From positions 1-33,955 of the IMG/VR virus record IMGVR_UViG_3300045988_173800: DNA of 33,955 nucleotides, one strand, 5' to 3'. The position numbers were made by a program, and so were the translations under genes. The number at the start of each line of letters is the position of its first letter. Within the stretch, counting starts at the first letter, position 1. The stretch is from a virus. The notes under the pieces are model-generated. The model saw nothing but the letters and a program-made list of their open reading frames with translations. It did no database searches and had not been told where the DNA came from. This document shows positions 14,964 through 23,475 of this stretch, in pieces.

Positions 14964-15157
14964 CCGTGCAGGAGGCCGAGCGGATTATGGCCGCGACAGC
15001 AAGCCCGTATCTCAAGCGGGACATGGAACGATATATTCGGCGGCAGCGCAGAAAGGAGCGCGGAGATGGCAGGAGCAAGACAACCGACCGATCTGGTCGT
15101 GAGGAACGGGCGCAAGCACATGACGCGCGCCGAGGAGGACGCGCGTCGCGACCGTGA
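14960..15157 (+). CDS. Doubtful small ORF overlapping the terS start
   Basis: ATGA coupling to the previous gene, but its last 92 nt overlap terS and are Arg-rich. Confidence 0.25.
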   Translation: MTVQEAERIMAATASPYLKRDMERYIRRQRRKERGDGRSKTTDRSGREERAQAHDARRGGRASRP

Positions 15158-15596
15158 GGTGGTGGTGCCGGCGCCGCAGCGGGCAAAGCCGCCCAAGTGG
15201 CTGCCCAAGGAGCTGCATCGCGAGTTTCGCGCGATCGGCAAACAGCTCATCGACGTGGGGCTCTACACCGACCTCGACGCGGACAACCTCGGGCGCTATC
15301 TGGTCGCCCACCACGAGTATATCAGCGCGACGGCGGAGGTGCAGCGGGCCTTGACTCAGGCGCCGGGCCACGCGCGCGACTTAGAGGCGGCGGACGGCTG
15401 GGGCCGCGTGCAGGAGCGCTACTTCAAGCAGGCGCGCAACTGCGCGAACGACATGGGCCTGACGGTCTCGAGCCGCTGCCGGCTGGTCCTGCCGAGCAAT
15501 CTGCCCGCGGCGGCGTTCACGCCGGAGAGCGAAACGGATGAGTTCACGGAGCGGCTGCGGCAGCGGCAGGCGGACGCGCTGGCGCGGAGCCTGTAG
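15066..15596 (+). CDS. terS: Terminase small subunit, P27 family
   Basis: GRKHMTRAEEDARRD...PKWLPKELHREFRAIGKQLIDVGLYTDLDADNLGRYLVAH matches the Terminase_4 pattern. Lies directly upstream of terL. Confidence 0.8.
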   Translation: MAGARQPTDLVVRNGRKHMTRAEEDARRDREVVVPAPQRAKPPKWLPKELHREFRAIGKQLIDVGLYTDLDADNLGRYLVAHHEYISATAEVQRALTQAPGHARDLEAADGWGRVQERYFKQARNCANDMGLTVSSRCRLVLPSNLPAAAFTPESETDEFTERLRQRQADALARSL

Positions 15597-15597
15597 C

Positions 15598-17403
15598 ATG
15601 GCATACGTTTTCGACCGCGAGGCGGGGCAGTTCGTGTGTGACTTCGTCGAGCGCTTGCCGACGACCGACACGGGCAAGCTCTTCTCGCTCTACGACTGGC
15701 AGCGCGAGGCGTTGATGGAGTTCTACGGCACGATGTGCGCCGATGTGTCCGAATCGGGCACGGAGGAGAGCGCGGAGCGGCTGCGCCGCTACTGGTACCT
15801 CTACCTCGAGATCCCTAAAAAAAACGGCAAGAGCGAGCTGGCTGCGGCGCTGGCCCTCTATCACCTCTTCGCGGACGGCGAGCTGAACGCGGAGGTCTAC
15901 GTCTGCGCGGCGGACAAGGAGAACGCTTCGATCGTCTACCGCGCGGCGGTCTTCATGGCGACGAGCGCGCCGTGGACGGCGAAGATGATCGCCCGCGGCG
16001 AGTTGAACATCGTGGAAAGCCGGAAGATCATCGAATACCGGCGGCGCGTGAAGACCGGGAACGGCGGCTACAAGTGGATCACGCTCGGCATCCTGCAGGT
16101 GCTCTCAGCCGATGCGGACACCAAGCACGGCTACAAGCCGAGCTGCGTCATCTTCGACGAGCTGCACGCCCAGCCCAACCGCCGTCTGTGGGACGTGATG
16201 ACCGGCGAGGCCGGCGCAAGCCGGCGGCAGCCGGCGTGGATCGTGCTGACGACCGCGGGCGACGACCCCGACCGCAACTCGATCGGCTGGGAGATCCACG
16301 AGAGGGCGGTCGCCATCCGCGACGCGCGGCAGCTGCGGCGCATCCGCGCCGAGGGCGGCGACGCGCGCAAGGTCCTCTCTCTCCGGCATGCCAGCGACGA
16401 GGACCTTGCCGACGCCGAGCGCGAGCTGCTATCGCGCGATGAGGCCAACTGGCTGCCAATCCTCTACGGGCTGACCGCGATGTTCGGCGATGACCCTGAC
16501 GACTTGGAGGCGCTGGACATCTGGGACGAGAGCCTGTGGTTTCTCTGCAATCCCTCGCTCGGCAAGCACCTGCGGCTGCGCAACGTCCGCATGGAGGCGA
16601 TGGCGGCCAAAAAGAATGAAGCAAATGAGCGGAAGTTCCGCTGGCTGCGGCTCAACCAATGGATCACGACGAAGTCGGTCGGCTGGATCTCGCTCAACCT
16701 CTATGACAAGACGCAATGGGGGCCGAGCAAAAAGCGTGAGCGCGAGGAATGGCTGCGGCAGCTGGACGGGAAGCTCTGCTACGGCGGCGTGGACCTTTCC
16801 ACGAGCCGCGACCTGACGGCCTTTGTTCTGCTCTTTCCGCCCCAGCCGGGGCTGGACGCGGCGGTGCTGCTGCCCTATGGCATCTGGCGGCCCGAGGCGA
16901 CGGTGGACGAGGCGGAAAAGCGCGACCACGTCCCATACCGGGACTGGGCGCGTGCCGGCTTCCTCGACCTCTGCCCCGGCGAAGTCATCGACTACGGCGC
17001 GGTGGAGGAGCGCATCCGCGAGGCGCGGGAGCGCTACGACCTCAAGATGGTGGGCTTTGACCCGTATCTGAGCCGGACCATCACGCAGCGGCTCGCGCCG
17101 ATCGTGCCGATCATCGAGATCCCGCAGGACCTCAAAAACATGAGCCCGGCGATGAAGGAGACGGACGACATGATGCAGCGGCACACGCTGCTGCACGTCC
17201 ACAACACCTGCTTCCGCTGGACCTTCGGCAACGTCCGCTGCCATGCGGACGGAAACGGCAACATCAAGCCGCTCAAGAATAAATCAACGGGGCGCATCGA
17301 CCCGGCGGTCGCGAGCATCATCGTGATGGCCGTGTGGATGGTTGCCAGGAATCAGAAGCCCGATCTTGCCGCGGCGGTGGCACGGGCGGACTTCACGCTG
17401 TGA
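15598..17403 (+). CDS. terL: Terminase large subunit
   Basis: Walker A in LEIPKKNGKSELAAA, and CVIFDELHA (Walker B). Size and position are typical. Confidence 0.9.
   Translation: MAYVFDREAGQFVCDFVERLPTTDTGKLFSLYDWQREALMEFYGTMCADVSESGTEESAERLRRYWYLYLEIPKKNGKSELAAALALYHLFADGELNAEVYVCAADKENASIVYRAAVFMATSAPWTAKMIARGELNIVESRKIIEYRRRVKTGNGGYKWITLGILQVLSADADTKHGYKPSCVIFDELHAQPNRRLWDVMTGEAGASRRQPAWIVLTTAGDDPDRNSIGWEIHERAVAIRDARQLRRIRAEGGDARKVLSLRHASDEDLADAERELLSRDEANWLPILYGLTAMFGDDPDDLEALDIWDESLWFLCNPSLGKHLRLRNVRMEAMAAKKNEANERKFRWLRLNQWITTKSVGWISLNLYDKTQWGPSKKREREEWLRQLDGKLCYGGVDLSTSRDLTAFVLLFPPQPGLDAAVLLPYGIWRPEATVDEAEKRDHVPYRDWARAGFLDLCPGEVIDYGAVEERIREARERYDLKMVGFDPYLSRTITQRLAPIVPIIEIPQDLKNMSPAMKETDDMMQRHTLLHVHNTCFRWTFGNVRCHADGNGNIKPLKNKSTGRIDPAVASIIVMAVWMVARNQKPDLAAAVARADFTL
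15745..15761. repeat. 17-bp palindrome, copy 4 (one mismatch; read as VSESGT in TerL)
   Basis: GTGTCCGAATCGGGCAC, in frame. Confidence 0.85.
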
Positions 17404-17414
17404 GGAGGAAGGCT

Positions 17415-17591
17415 GTGGAAAAGCTGCGAGACGCCGCGCTGCTGCTCGGCGTGCTGCTCATTACGCTCGGCGCGGGCATGATCTACCTGCCTGCCGGCTT
17501 TATCGTGGGCGGCATTCTTTTGATCGCAATGGCCGTCATTGACGGCTTTGACGATAGTGCAAACGACGAAGGGAGTGATGGTCAAGCATGA
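17415..17591 (+). CDS. Small two-TM membrane protein (58 aa)
   Basis: GTG 17415 behind GAGGAGGAAGG. Hydrophobic stretches LLLGVLLITLGAGMIYL and GFIVGGILLIAMAV. Confidence 0.5.
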   Translation: MEKLRDAALLLGVLLITLGAGMIYLPAGFIVGGILLIAMAVIDGFDDSANDEGSDGQA

Positions 17592-18877
17592 GCATCATCA
17601 AGGGCCTGCGCGCGGCAACCGCACGCTCGCCCACCGTGAGCAAGTCCGTAACGGTCGGCAGCCTAACGGCTTCCGGCGGTCTGGCCGCTGGCGAGGACCC
17701 GCAGAGCGCGGCGCGCAAGCTCAGCGCGGTTGACCGCTGCATTGAGCTGCTGAGCGACAGCATCGCAAAGCTGCCGAATTATGTGATCGACACGAGGACG
17801 CGCGAGCGCACGGACCACGAGCTGCTGCGGCTGCTGAACATCCGGCCGAACGAGGCCATGACCCCGTTCATTCGCAAGAAGGTGCTGGAGACGAGCCGCC
17901 TGGAGGGCGGCAACGGCTACGACTGGATCGTGCGCGACGAGCGCACGGGCAAGCCGGTGGAGCTGATCCCGGTGCCGTGGTATCTGGTGCAGCCCTGGCA
18001 CGACATGGCGGGGCGCGTGTGGTACGACGTAACGCATCCCTTCTCCGGCGAGGTGATGCTGCTGCCCAACGAGGACATCTGCCACTACAAGAACGCCACG
18101 CGAAACGGCCTTTTAGGTCTCGGCACGGTGACGCGCGCCGGCGAGGTGATCGCCGCGGCGCGGGCCGCGCAGGAGTATGAGCTGAGCTACTACGCCAACG
18201 GCGGGCAGCCGGGCGGCGTGCTGGAGACTGACACCGACCTCGGCGGCTATGTGCTGGACACCAAGGGAAATCCGGTCAAGGCGGCGGACGGCTCGCTCGT
18301 GACCAAGAAGGACCGGCTGCGCGCCGAGTGGGAGCGCGTCCACATGGGGCCGAGCAAGGCGCACCGGACGGCGATCCTCGACCTCGGTCTCAAGTACACG
18401 AGCATTGCGGGGACGAACCGCGACGCGCAGTTTGTGGAAAACAAGCAGCTGTCGATCACGGACATCGCGCGCTACTTCGGCGTGCCGCTCTACAAGCTCA
18501 ATGAGGGCAAGCAGGCCTACGGCTCGAACGAGCAGAACGCGATCGAGTATGTCGTCGGCACGCTGCACCCCATCGTGACCCAGTACGAGGAGGAGCAGAG
18601 CTACAAGCTGCTGACCGACAGCGAGCTGGCCGCGGGGCTGGAGCTGCGCATCAACATGATGGCGGAGCTCAAGGGCGACACGGCGAGCCGCGCGAACTGG
18701 TACCGCACGATGAGCGAGCTGAGCGTATTTAGTCCCGACGACATCGCGGCGCTGGAGGATCTGCCGAACGTGCCGGGCGGCAACCGCAGGCGCGCGAGCC
18801 TGAACTATGTGCCGCTTGACCTGTGGCCGGAGCTGAGTTCGCAGAGAAACGGCGGCGCGGCCGCCGGAGAGGAGTAA
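17588..18877 (+). CDS. Portal protein (HK97 family)
   Basis: Size, position after terL, and typical N-terminal LSAVDRCIELLSDSIAKLP...LLRLLNIRPN. Confidence 0.85.
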   Translation: MSIIKGLRAATARSPTVSKSVTVGSLTASGGLAAGEDPQSAARKLSAVDRCIELLSDSIAKLPNYVIDTRTRERTDHELLRLLNIRPNEAMTPFIRKKVLETSRLEGGNGYDWIVRDERTGKPVELIPVPWYLVQPWHDMAGRVWYDVTHPFSGEVMLLPNEDICHYKNATRNGLLGLGTVTRAGEVIAAARAAQEYELSYYANGGQPGGVLETDTDLGGYVLDTKGNPVKAADGSLVTKKDRLRAEWERVHMGPSKAHRTAILDLGLKYTSIAGTNRDAQFVENKQLSITDIARYFGVPLYKLNEGKQAYGSNEQNAIEYVVGTLHPIVTQYEEEQSYKLLTDSELAAGLELRINMMAELKGDTASRANWYRTMSELSVFSPDDIAALEDLPNVPGGNRRRASLNYVPLDLWPELSSQRNGGAAAGEE

Positions 18878-18882
18878 ACCAC

Positions 18883-19572
18883 ATGGAAATGATCTACAAG
18901 GCCGCACGGCTGGAAAAGGAAACCGCCGGCGCACTGGAGCTTGCAATGATCAACGAGCAGACGCTGCGGGAACTGACCGAGGATGAGGTGTTTACCTTCC
19001 GCCTGACGGCCTGTGACAACCAGGTCGACCGCGAGGGCGAGCGCTTTACCGAGGCGACGCTTGAGCAGCTCGGCAAGCTCTACATCGGCAAGCCCGTGCT
19101 GCGTGACCACCGCTGGAGCGCGGAAACGCAGACCGCGCGCGTCTATGATGCGCATCTGGAAAAGCGGGGCGATGTCAAGCGTCTGGTGCTCAGCTGCTAC
19201 ATGGTCCGCACGGCGAGCACCGCAGACACCATCGCCGCTATCGAGGGCGGCATCCTGCGCGAGTGCAGCGTGGGCTGCGCGGTGGAGCACGTCAACTGCT
19301 CGATCTGCGGCGCGGACCAGCGCAAGACGCTGTGCGAGCACTGGCCGGGCCGAGAGTACGACGGGCAGCTCTGCCACTTCGAGCTCGACGGCGCGGCGGA
19401 CGCCTACGAGGTGAGCCTCGTGGCGGTGCCCGCGCAGCCGGAGGCCGGCGTGGTGAAGGCGAAGCGCTACGGCGGCGCCGAAATGAAGGAGACCCACGCG
19501 CCGGAGGGCGCGGATAACGACGAGCACTGGGCGGACGAGGCCGCACTGGAGCTTGAAAAAATGAGATTTTAA
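18883..19572 (+). CDS. Putative prohead maturation protease
   Basis: Position between portal and capsid genes. DNQVDREGERFTEATL and GKPVLRDH resemble HK97 protease motifs. ATG 18883 behind GGAGAGGAG. Confidence 0.55.
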   Translation: MEMIYKAARLEKETAGALELAMINEQTLRELTEDEVFTFRLTACDNQVDREGERFTEATLEQLGKLYIGKPVLRDHRWSAETQTARVYDAHLEKRGDVKRLVLSCYMVRTASTADTIAAIEGGILRECSVGCAVEHVNCSICGADQRKTLCEHWPGREYDGQLCHFELDGAADAYEVSLVAVPAQPEAGVVKAKRYGGAEMKETHAPEGADNDEHWADEAALELEKMRF

Positions 19573-19583
19573 GGAGGCAAAAA

Positions 19584-20801
19584 ATGCGCAGAAAGTACAA
19601 CGACCTGCTGGCGAAGCGCGCCGGCATGCTTACGGAGGCCGAGGGCCTGCTCAAGGAGGGCAAGCGCGAGGACTATCGGAGCAAGATGACCGAGATCGAT
19701 AACCTCAACAGCGAGATCACCGAGGTCAAGACCCTCATCGACGAGCAGGACCGCCAGTTCATGCAGAAGCAGGATACTCCGGGCGAGGCCAGGGACAAGG
19801 CTCTCGAGCGCGCGGAGATCCTGCGCAAGGGCGGCGAGGTCAAGTTCAGCGCGGCGGAGGTCCGCAAGGCCATCACGCTCGCGACCACCTCGCTTGCCGA
19901 GCCCACCGGCGTGGGCCGCGACATCCGCGGCGGCGACGCGCCCCTCAGCGCGATCATCGACCAGGTCAGCGTGGTCAACCTCTCCGGCCTGGGCGAGTAT
20001 CAGGAACCTTATGTGATCTCTGAGCTCGACGCCAAGGTCGGCACGGTGGCCAGCACCGCGGGCAAAGCCCGCACGGCGAGCACCGACCCCACCTTCGGTG
20101 TGGCGCAGATCAAGCCCTACGACATGAGCGTGACGAGCTTCGTCGACCGCAACATCGGCAACCTGACCCCCGCGGACTATTACGCGAAAATCTACGGCAT
20201 GGCGATGCGCGCCATGCGCCGCAAGTGCTCCGAGCTGATCGTCAACGGCGACGGTGAGAGCAGCCATGTATTCTACGGCATGAAGATCGCCAAGAACAAG
20301 GCGGGCGCGAACATCTTCGCCAGCGTTGACGTGAGCGCGGTGGACGTCAACCTGCTCGACACCCTCTATTTTGCCTACGGCGCGGACACCGAGGTCGCCG
20401 GCAGCGCCCGCCTGCTGCTCACCAAGGAAGACCTCAAGGCCATCGGCCAGCTGCGCGGCACGAACGAAAAGCGCCGCCTGTTCACCATCGAGCCGGACAT
20501 GGCCAACCCCAACGTCGGCGTGATCCGCGACGGCGGTGTGGTGATCCCCTACACCATCTGCCCGGACCTCACCAGCCTGAGCACCGCGACCGCGAGCACG
20601 AGCGCCGCGATCCAGACCATGATCTACGGCAACCCGCTCAACTATGAGCTGGGCCTGTTCTCCGACTTCACCGTGCGCGTGGACGAGAGCTACAAGGCGC
20701 AGGAGCGCCTGCTGACCATCCTCGGCGACGTGATGGTCGGCGGCAACCTTGTGGTCGACAAGGGCGTTGTCGTGGCGACGCTGCCCAAGAGCGGCTCGTA
20801 A
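19584..20801 (+). CDS. Major capsid protein, HK97 family
   Basis: N-terminal coiled-coil delta-like region, 405 aa, strong AAGGAGG RBS, position. Confidence 0.85.
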   Translation: MRRKYNDLLAKRAGMLTEAEGLLKEGKREDYRSKMTEIDNLNSEITEVKTLIDEQDRQFMQKQDTPGEARDKALERAEILRKGGEVKFSAAEVRKAITLATTSLAEPTGVGRDIRGGDAPLSAIIDQVSVVNLSGLGEYQEPYVISELDAKVGTVASTAGKARTASTDPTFGVAQIKPYDMSVTSFVDRNIGNLTPADYYAKIYGMAMRAMRRKCSELIVNGDGESSHVFYGMKIAKNKAGANIFASVDVSAVDVNLLDTLYFAYGADTEVAGSARLLLTKEDLKAIGQLRGTNEKRRLFTIEPDMANPNVGVIRDGGVVIPYTICPDLTSLSTATASTSAAIQTMIYGNPLNYELGLFSDFTVRVDESYKAQERLLTILGDVMVGGNLVVDKGVVVATLPKSGS

Positions 20802-20804
20802 GAA

Positions 20805-21125
20805 ATGCTGACGGAGCATCTGGCGGACATCGCCGCCTATTGCAAGGTCGACGCGGACGACGCGGAGCTCCCCGGCTATATTGACGCGGCGGAGGGCTAT
20901 CTTCTCTCCGGCGTGTGCAGCAAGCCGGAGGATGGGACGCCGCGCTTTGCGATGTATCTCCTCTGCGTCAAGGCTCTGACGCTTGAGCAGTACGACCGGC
21001 GCGGCATCTCCATCGACCAGGCCGCCAGCGAGAACCGCGTCGTTCGGCTCATGCTCAACCAGCTCAAGCTGACCGAACCCGTGCCCGAATCGGGCACGGG
21101 CGAGGGAGCGGAGGGAGGCGCGTGA
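20805..21125 (+). CDS. Head-tail connector (gp6-like)
   Basis: LADIAAYCKVDADDAELPGYIDAAEGYL pattern. Position after the capsid gene. Confidence 0.7.
   Translation: MLTEHLADIAAYCKVDADDAELPGYIDAAEGYLLSGVCSKPEDGTPRFAMYLLCVKALTLEQYDRRGISIDQAASENRVVRLMLNQLKLTEPVPESGTGEGAEGGA
21081..21097. repeat. 17-bp palindrome, copy 5 (read as VPESGT in the connector C-terminal tail)
   Basis: Exact copy, in frame. Confidence 0.95.
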
Positions 21126-21469
21126 TGCACGTCGACGCAGGAAAGCTCTCGAAGCGCATCCAGTTTTTGCGGAAAACGACGGCAAAGGACGCTGACGGCT
21201 ACGACGTACCCGGCGAGCCGGAGCTCGTGCGCGAGACCTGGGCACAGTTCTCGCAGACGAGCGGCACGGAGCTGATCCGGGCAAACGCCGAGTTTGGCGA
21301 GGCAAAGGTGCGCTTTCTCACGCGCGCGAACCCGGAGCTGCTTGACCGGCGGCTCCTGATCCGCTACGACGGGCGCGACTACAACATCCTCTACGTCAAC
21401 ACTTACGGCGACGAGGGAAAGTACATGGAGTTCTGGTGCGAGCGCATCACGCAGGAGGGCAAGGTATGA
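21122..21469 (+). CDS. Head closure / head-tail joining protein
   Basis: LSKRIQFLRKT...DGYDVPGEPELVRETWAQF...IRYDGRDYNILYV pattern (Phage_H_T_join-like). GTG 21122 or ATG 21125. Confidence 0.7.
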   Translation: MMHVDAGKLSKRIQFLRKTTAKDADGYDVPGEPELVRETWAQFSQTSGTELIRANAEFGEAKVRFLTRANPELLDRRLLIRYDGRDYNILYVNTYGDEGKYMEFWCERITQEGKV

Positions 21470-21831
21470 CGCTGAATGAGCGAATCATCGCGGTCGTGAC
21501 GCCAATCGTGCCGGTGTGCGTGCCGGATCTGCTGGTCACAGAGGCGGGCGAGACGCCGCCGGAGGAATACTGCACGTTCAATTTTCCGCTCGAGCCCGAG
21601 GCTCTTGCCGACGACACCGCGCAGCTGCAGCGCGCGCTCGTGCAGCTTCATTACTTTGCGCCGCTCAAGACGAACACCGTGCCAACGCGTCGCGCACTCT
21701 GGGAGGCGATCGCAGCCGCGGAGGACTTTTCTCCTGCGATGATCGAAAACGCGACCGACCACACAGGACAGCACTATGTCTTTGAGTTCGATGCGGTCGG
21801 GCGCTGGCTGGGAGATGAGCGCAGTGGCTGA
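21466..21831 (+). CDS. Putative neck / tail-completion protein
   Basis: ATGA coupling. Position between head closure and the gp10-like gene. Confidence 0.5.
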   Translation: MTLNERIIAVVTPIVPVCVPDLLVTEAGETPPEEYCTFNFPLEPEALADDTAQLQRALVQLHYFAPLKTNTVPTRRALWEAIAAAEDFSPAMIENATDHTGQHYVFEFDAVGRWLGDERSG

Positions 21832-22282
21832 GATCCGTTTTGACGGGCTGGACACCTTCGTCCTCTCGATGCGGCAGGTCGCGGAGCTGCCCGACGACGT
21901 GCATGACGCGATGCTCAACGCCGGGGCTGACGTGGTGGTCGAGGCACAGCGCGCCGAGGCGCGCAAGCTCGGCAAGCCCGGCGGCTACCGCAACAGCCGA
22001 CAGAGGCGCGACTATTCGACCGGCATCACGGCGGAGTGCATCAAAAAGGGCAAGGTCAAGGTAAAAAACGGCGAGCGCGGCATCTATGTGACGCCAACCG
22101 GCACGCGCCGGCGCGGCAATACGACCACGCGCAACGCCGAGATCGCCTACGTCAACGAGTACGGCACGGATAGCATCCAGGCGCGCGGCTTTATCCGCAA
22201 GGCCAACGAGAAGTGCGCCGACGAGACCACGACCGCAGAGTTTATGGTCTACAACCGATTCCTCGAATCCAAAAACCTGTAA
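21815..22282 (+). CDS. HK97 gp10-like tail component
   Basis: NAEIAYVNEYGTDSIQARGFIRKA motif. Start is uncertain (ATG 21815 or GTG 21824). Confidence 0.6.
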   Translation: MSAVAEIRFDGLDTFVLSMRQVAELPDDVHDAMLNAGADVVVEAQRAEARKLGKPGGYRNSRQRRDYSTGITAECIKKGKVKVKNGERGIYVTPTGTRRRGNTTTRNAEIAYVNEYGTDSIQARGFIRKANEKCADETTTAEFMVYNRFLESKNL

Positions 22283-22296
22283 AGGAGGGCACAACT

Positions 22297-22884
22297 ATGC
22301 CTCAGTACGGAGCGAAAAATCTCCAGTGGGCGCCGTTCGCGGCGTCAAATCCCGAGCCGGAGGACGCGCTGCCCAACTACGGCACGCCGATGAAGCTCGG
22401 CGACCTCATGAGCGTTGCCGAAACGCTCAACTTTTCCGAGGTCGAATCGCGCGCGGACGATGTGCGCAAGATCTACCTGCGCGAGTTTGTCGACGGCTCG
22501 CTTGCCGTCGGCGTGCTGGAGCTGCCCAACGAGACCGCCTCGGCCGTCACCGGCGCGCAGATCGACAGCACCGAGGGCGCGAAGGACATCCATTTCTCCA
22601 GCAACGACACCGCGCCCTACGGCTGCCTCGGCTTCTACACGACCAACATCAAGGCAGACGGCTCGAAATATTACAAGGGCATCTTCTACCCCAAGGTCAA
22701 GGCCAGCCTCGACGGGCGCACTTATAACACAAAGCAGAAAACCATCGTGCTCGACAGCCCCAAGCTGACGCTCTCGGTGGACGCCTGCAACACCGGCGAG
22801 TACCGCATCGAAAGCGACGAGCTCACGACCGAGGCCGCCGCGAAGACGTGGGTCAACGGCAAGGTCAAGGCCGCCGGCGGCTGA
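22297..22884 (+). CDS. Major tail protein
   Basis: AAGGAGGG RBS, 195 aa, followed by a strong terminator, then chaperone and tape-measure genes. Confidence 0.75.
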   Translation: MPQYGAKNLQWAPFAASNPEPEDALPNYGTPMKLGDLMSVAETLNFSEVESRADDVRKIYLREFVDGSLAVGVLELPNETASAVTGAQIDSTEGAKDIHFSSNDTAPYGCLGFYTTNIKADGSKYYKGIFYPKVKASLDGRTYNTKQKTIVLDSPKLTLSVDACNTGEYRIESDELTTEAAAKTWVNGKVKAAGG

Positions 22885-22895
22885 GAACACCAAGG

Positions 22896-22926
22896 AAGGC
22901 GCAGCGCCCCCGCTGCGCCTTTTTTA
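22896..22926 (+). terminator. Rho-independent terminator after the major tail gene
   Basis: AAGGCGCAGCG-CCCC-CGCTGCGCCTT followed by TTTT. Confidence 0.8.
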
Positions 22927-22942
22927 GAAATCGGAGGCAAAT

Positions 22943-23332
22943 ATGAAACTACACGAAGTTGATCTTTGCGGGCAGCACCTGTATCTCTGCCTCAACGGGC
23001 AGGCGCTGTTCGATCTCTACGATAAATTCGGCACCAAGGGCTTTATCACCGACCCCCTCAAGGGCAGCGGCAAGAAGAGCTTCGAGGCGGTGTGCTATTA
23101 CCTATTCAAGCTCTCTGAGCAGGGCGAGCTGTATCGCCGCTGGCAGGGCCAGACGCACGGCCCCGTCCTTACCGAGCAGTTTTTCCGCGTCAACCTTGCC
23201 CCGCGCGAGGTCGCCGCGGCGAAGGACGCCATCCTCGCCGCCATCGTCCTCGGCTTTCAGCGCGAAGAGAAAGAGACGGGCGACCTTGACCTCGGGCTTG
23301 TGGAGCTTCAAAAAAAAACGGGATCTCCGTAA
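22943..23332 (+). CDS. Tail assembly chaperone (G-like, zero-frame product)
   Basis: Position between the major tail and tape-measure genes. Ends shortly after an A9 slippery run. Confidence 0.75.
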   Translation: MKLHEVDLCGQHLYLCLNGQALFDLYDKFGTKGFITDPLKGSGKKSFEAVCYYLFKLSEQGELYRRWQGQTHGPVLTEQFFRVNLAPREVAAAKDAILAAIVLGFQREEKETGDLDLGLVELQKKTGSP

Positions 23333-23472
23333 CGCGCGCGCTCTGGCTCCAGCTCCTGACGCAGTTCCTGCGCCTGAGCGTCCGCGAGGGCCTGCTGCTT
23401 ACGCCGGGGCAGGTCATGGACCTGCAGGAGCTTGAGGAGCGCCGACGCGGACTGAAAAGAGAGGAGGGGTGA
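22943..23472 (+). CDS. Tail assembly chaperone G-T fusion via programmed -1 frameshift
   Basis: Slippery A AAA AAA at 23311..23317. The -1 frame stays open to TGA 23470..23472 and reads NGISVTRALWLQLLTQFLRLSVREGLLLTPGQVMDLQELEERRRGLKREEG. It ends 3 nt before the tape-measure start. Confidence 0.7.
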
Positions 23473-23475
23473 GCG

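Noticed and set aside
19569-21305. 578-aa minus-strand ORF opposite the capsid and connector genes
   Set aside because: Same GC-rich antisense artefact. The plus-strand genes have strong RBSs and recognisable HK97-type features.
22959-23435. +1-frame ORF as the frameshift extension of the tail chaperone
   Set aside because: Its tail (ARALAPAPDAVPAPERPRGPAAYAGAGHGPAGA) looks like GC-frame noise. The -1 frame gives a protein-like extension that ends exactly before the tape-measure start, and it follows a canonical A AAA AAA slippery site.
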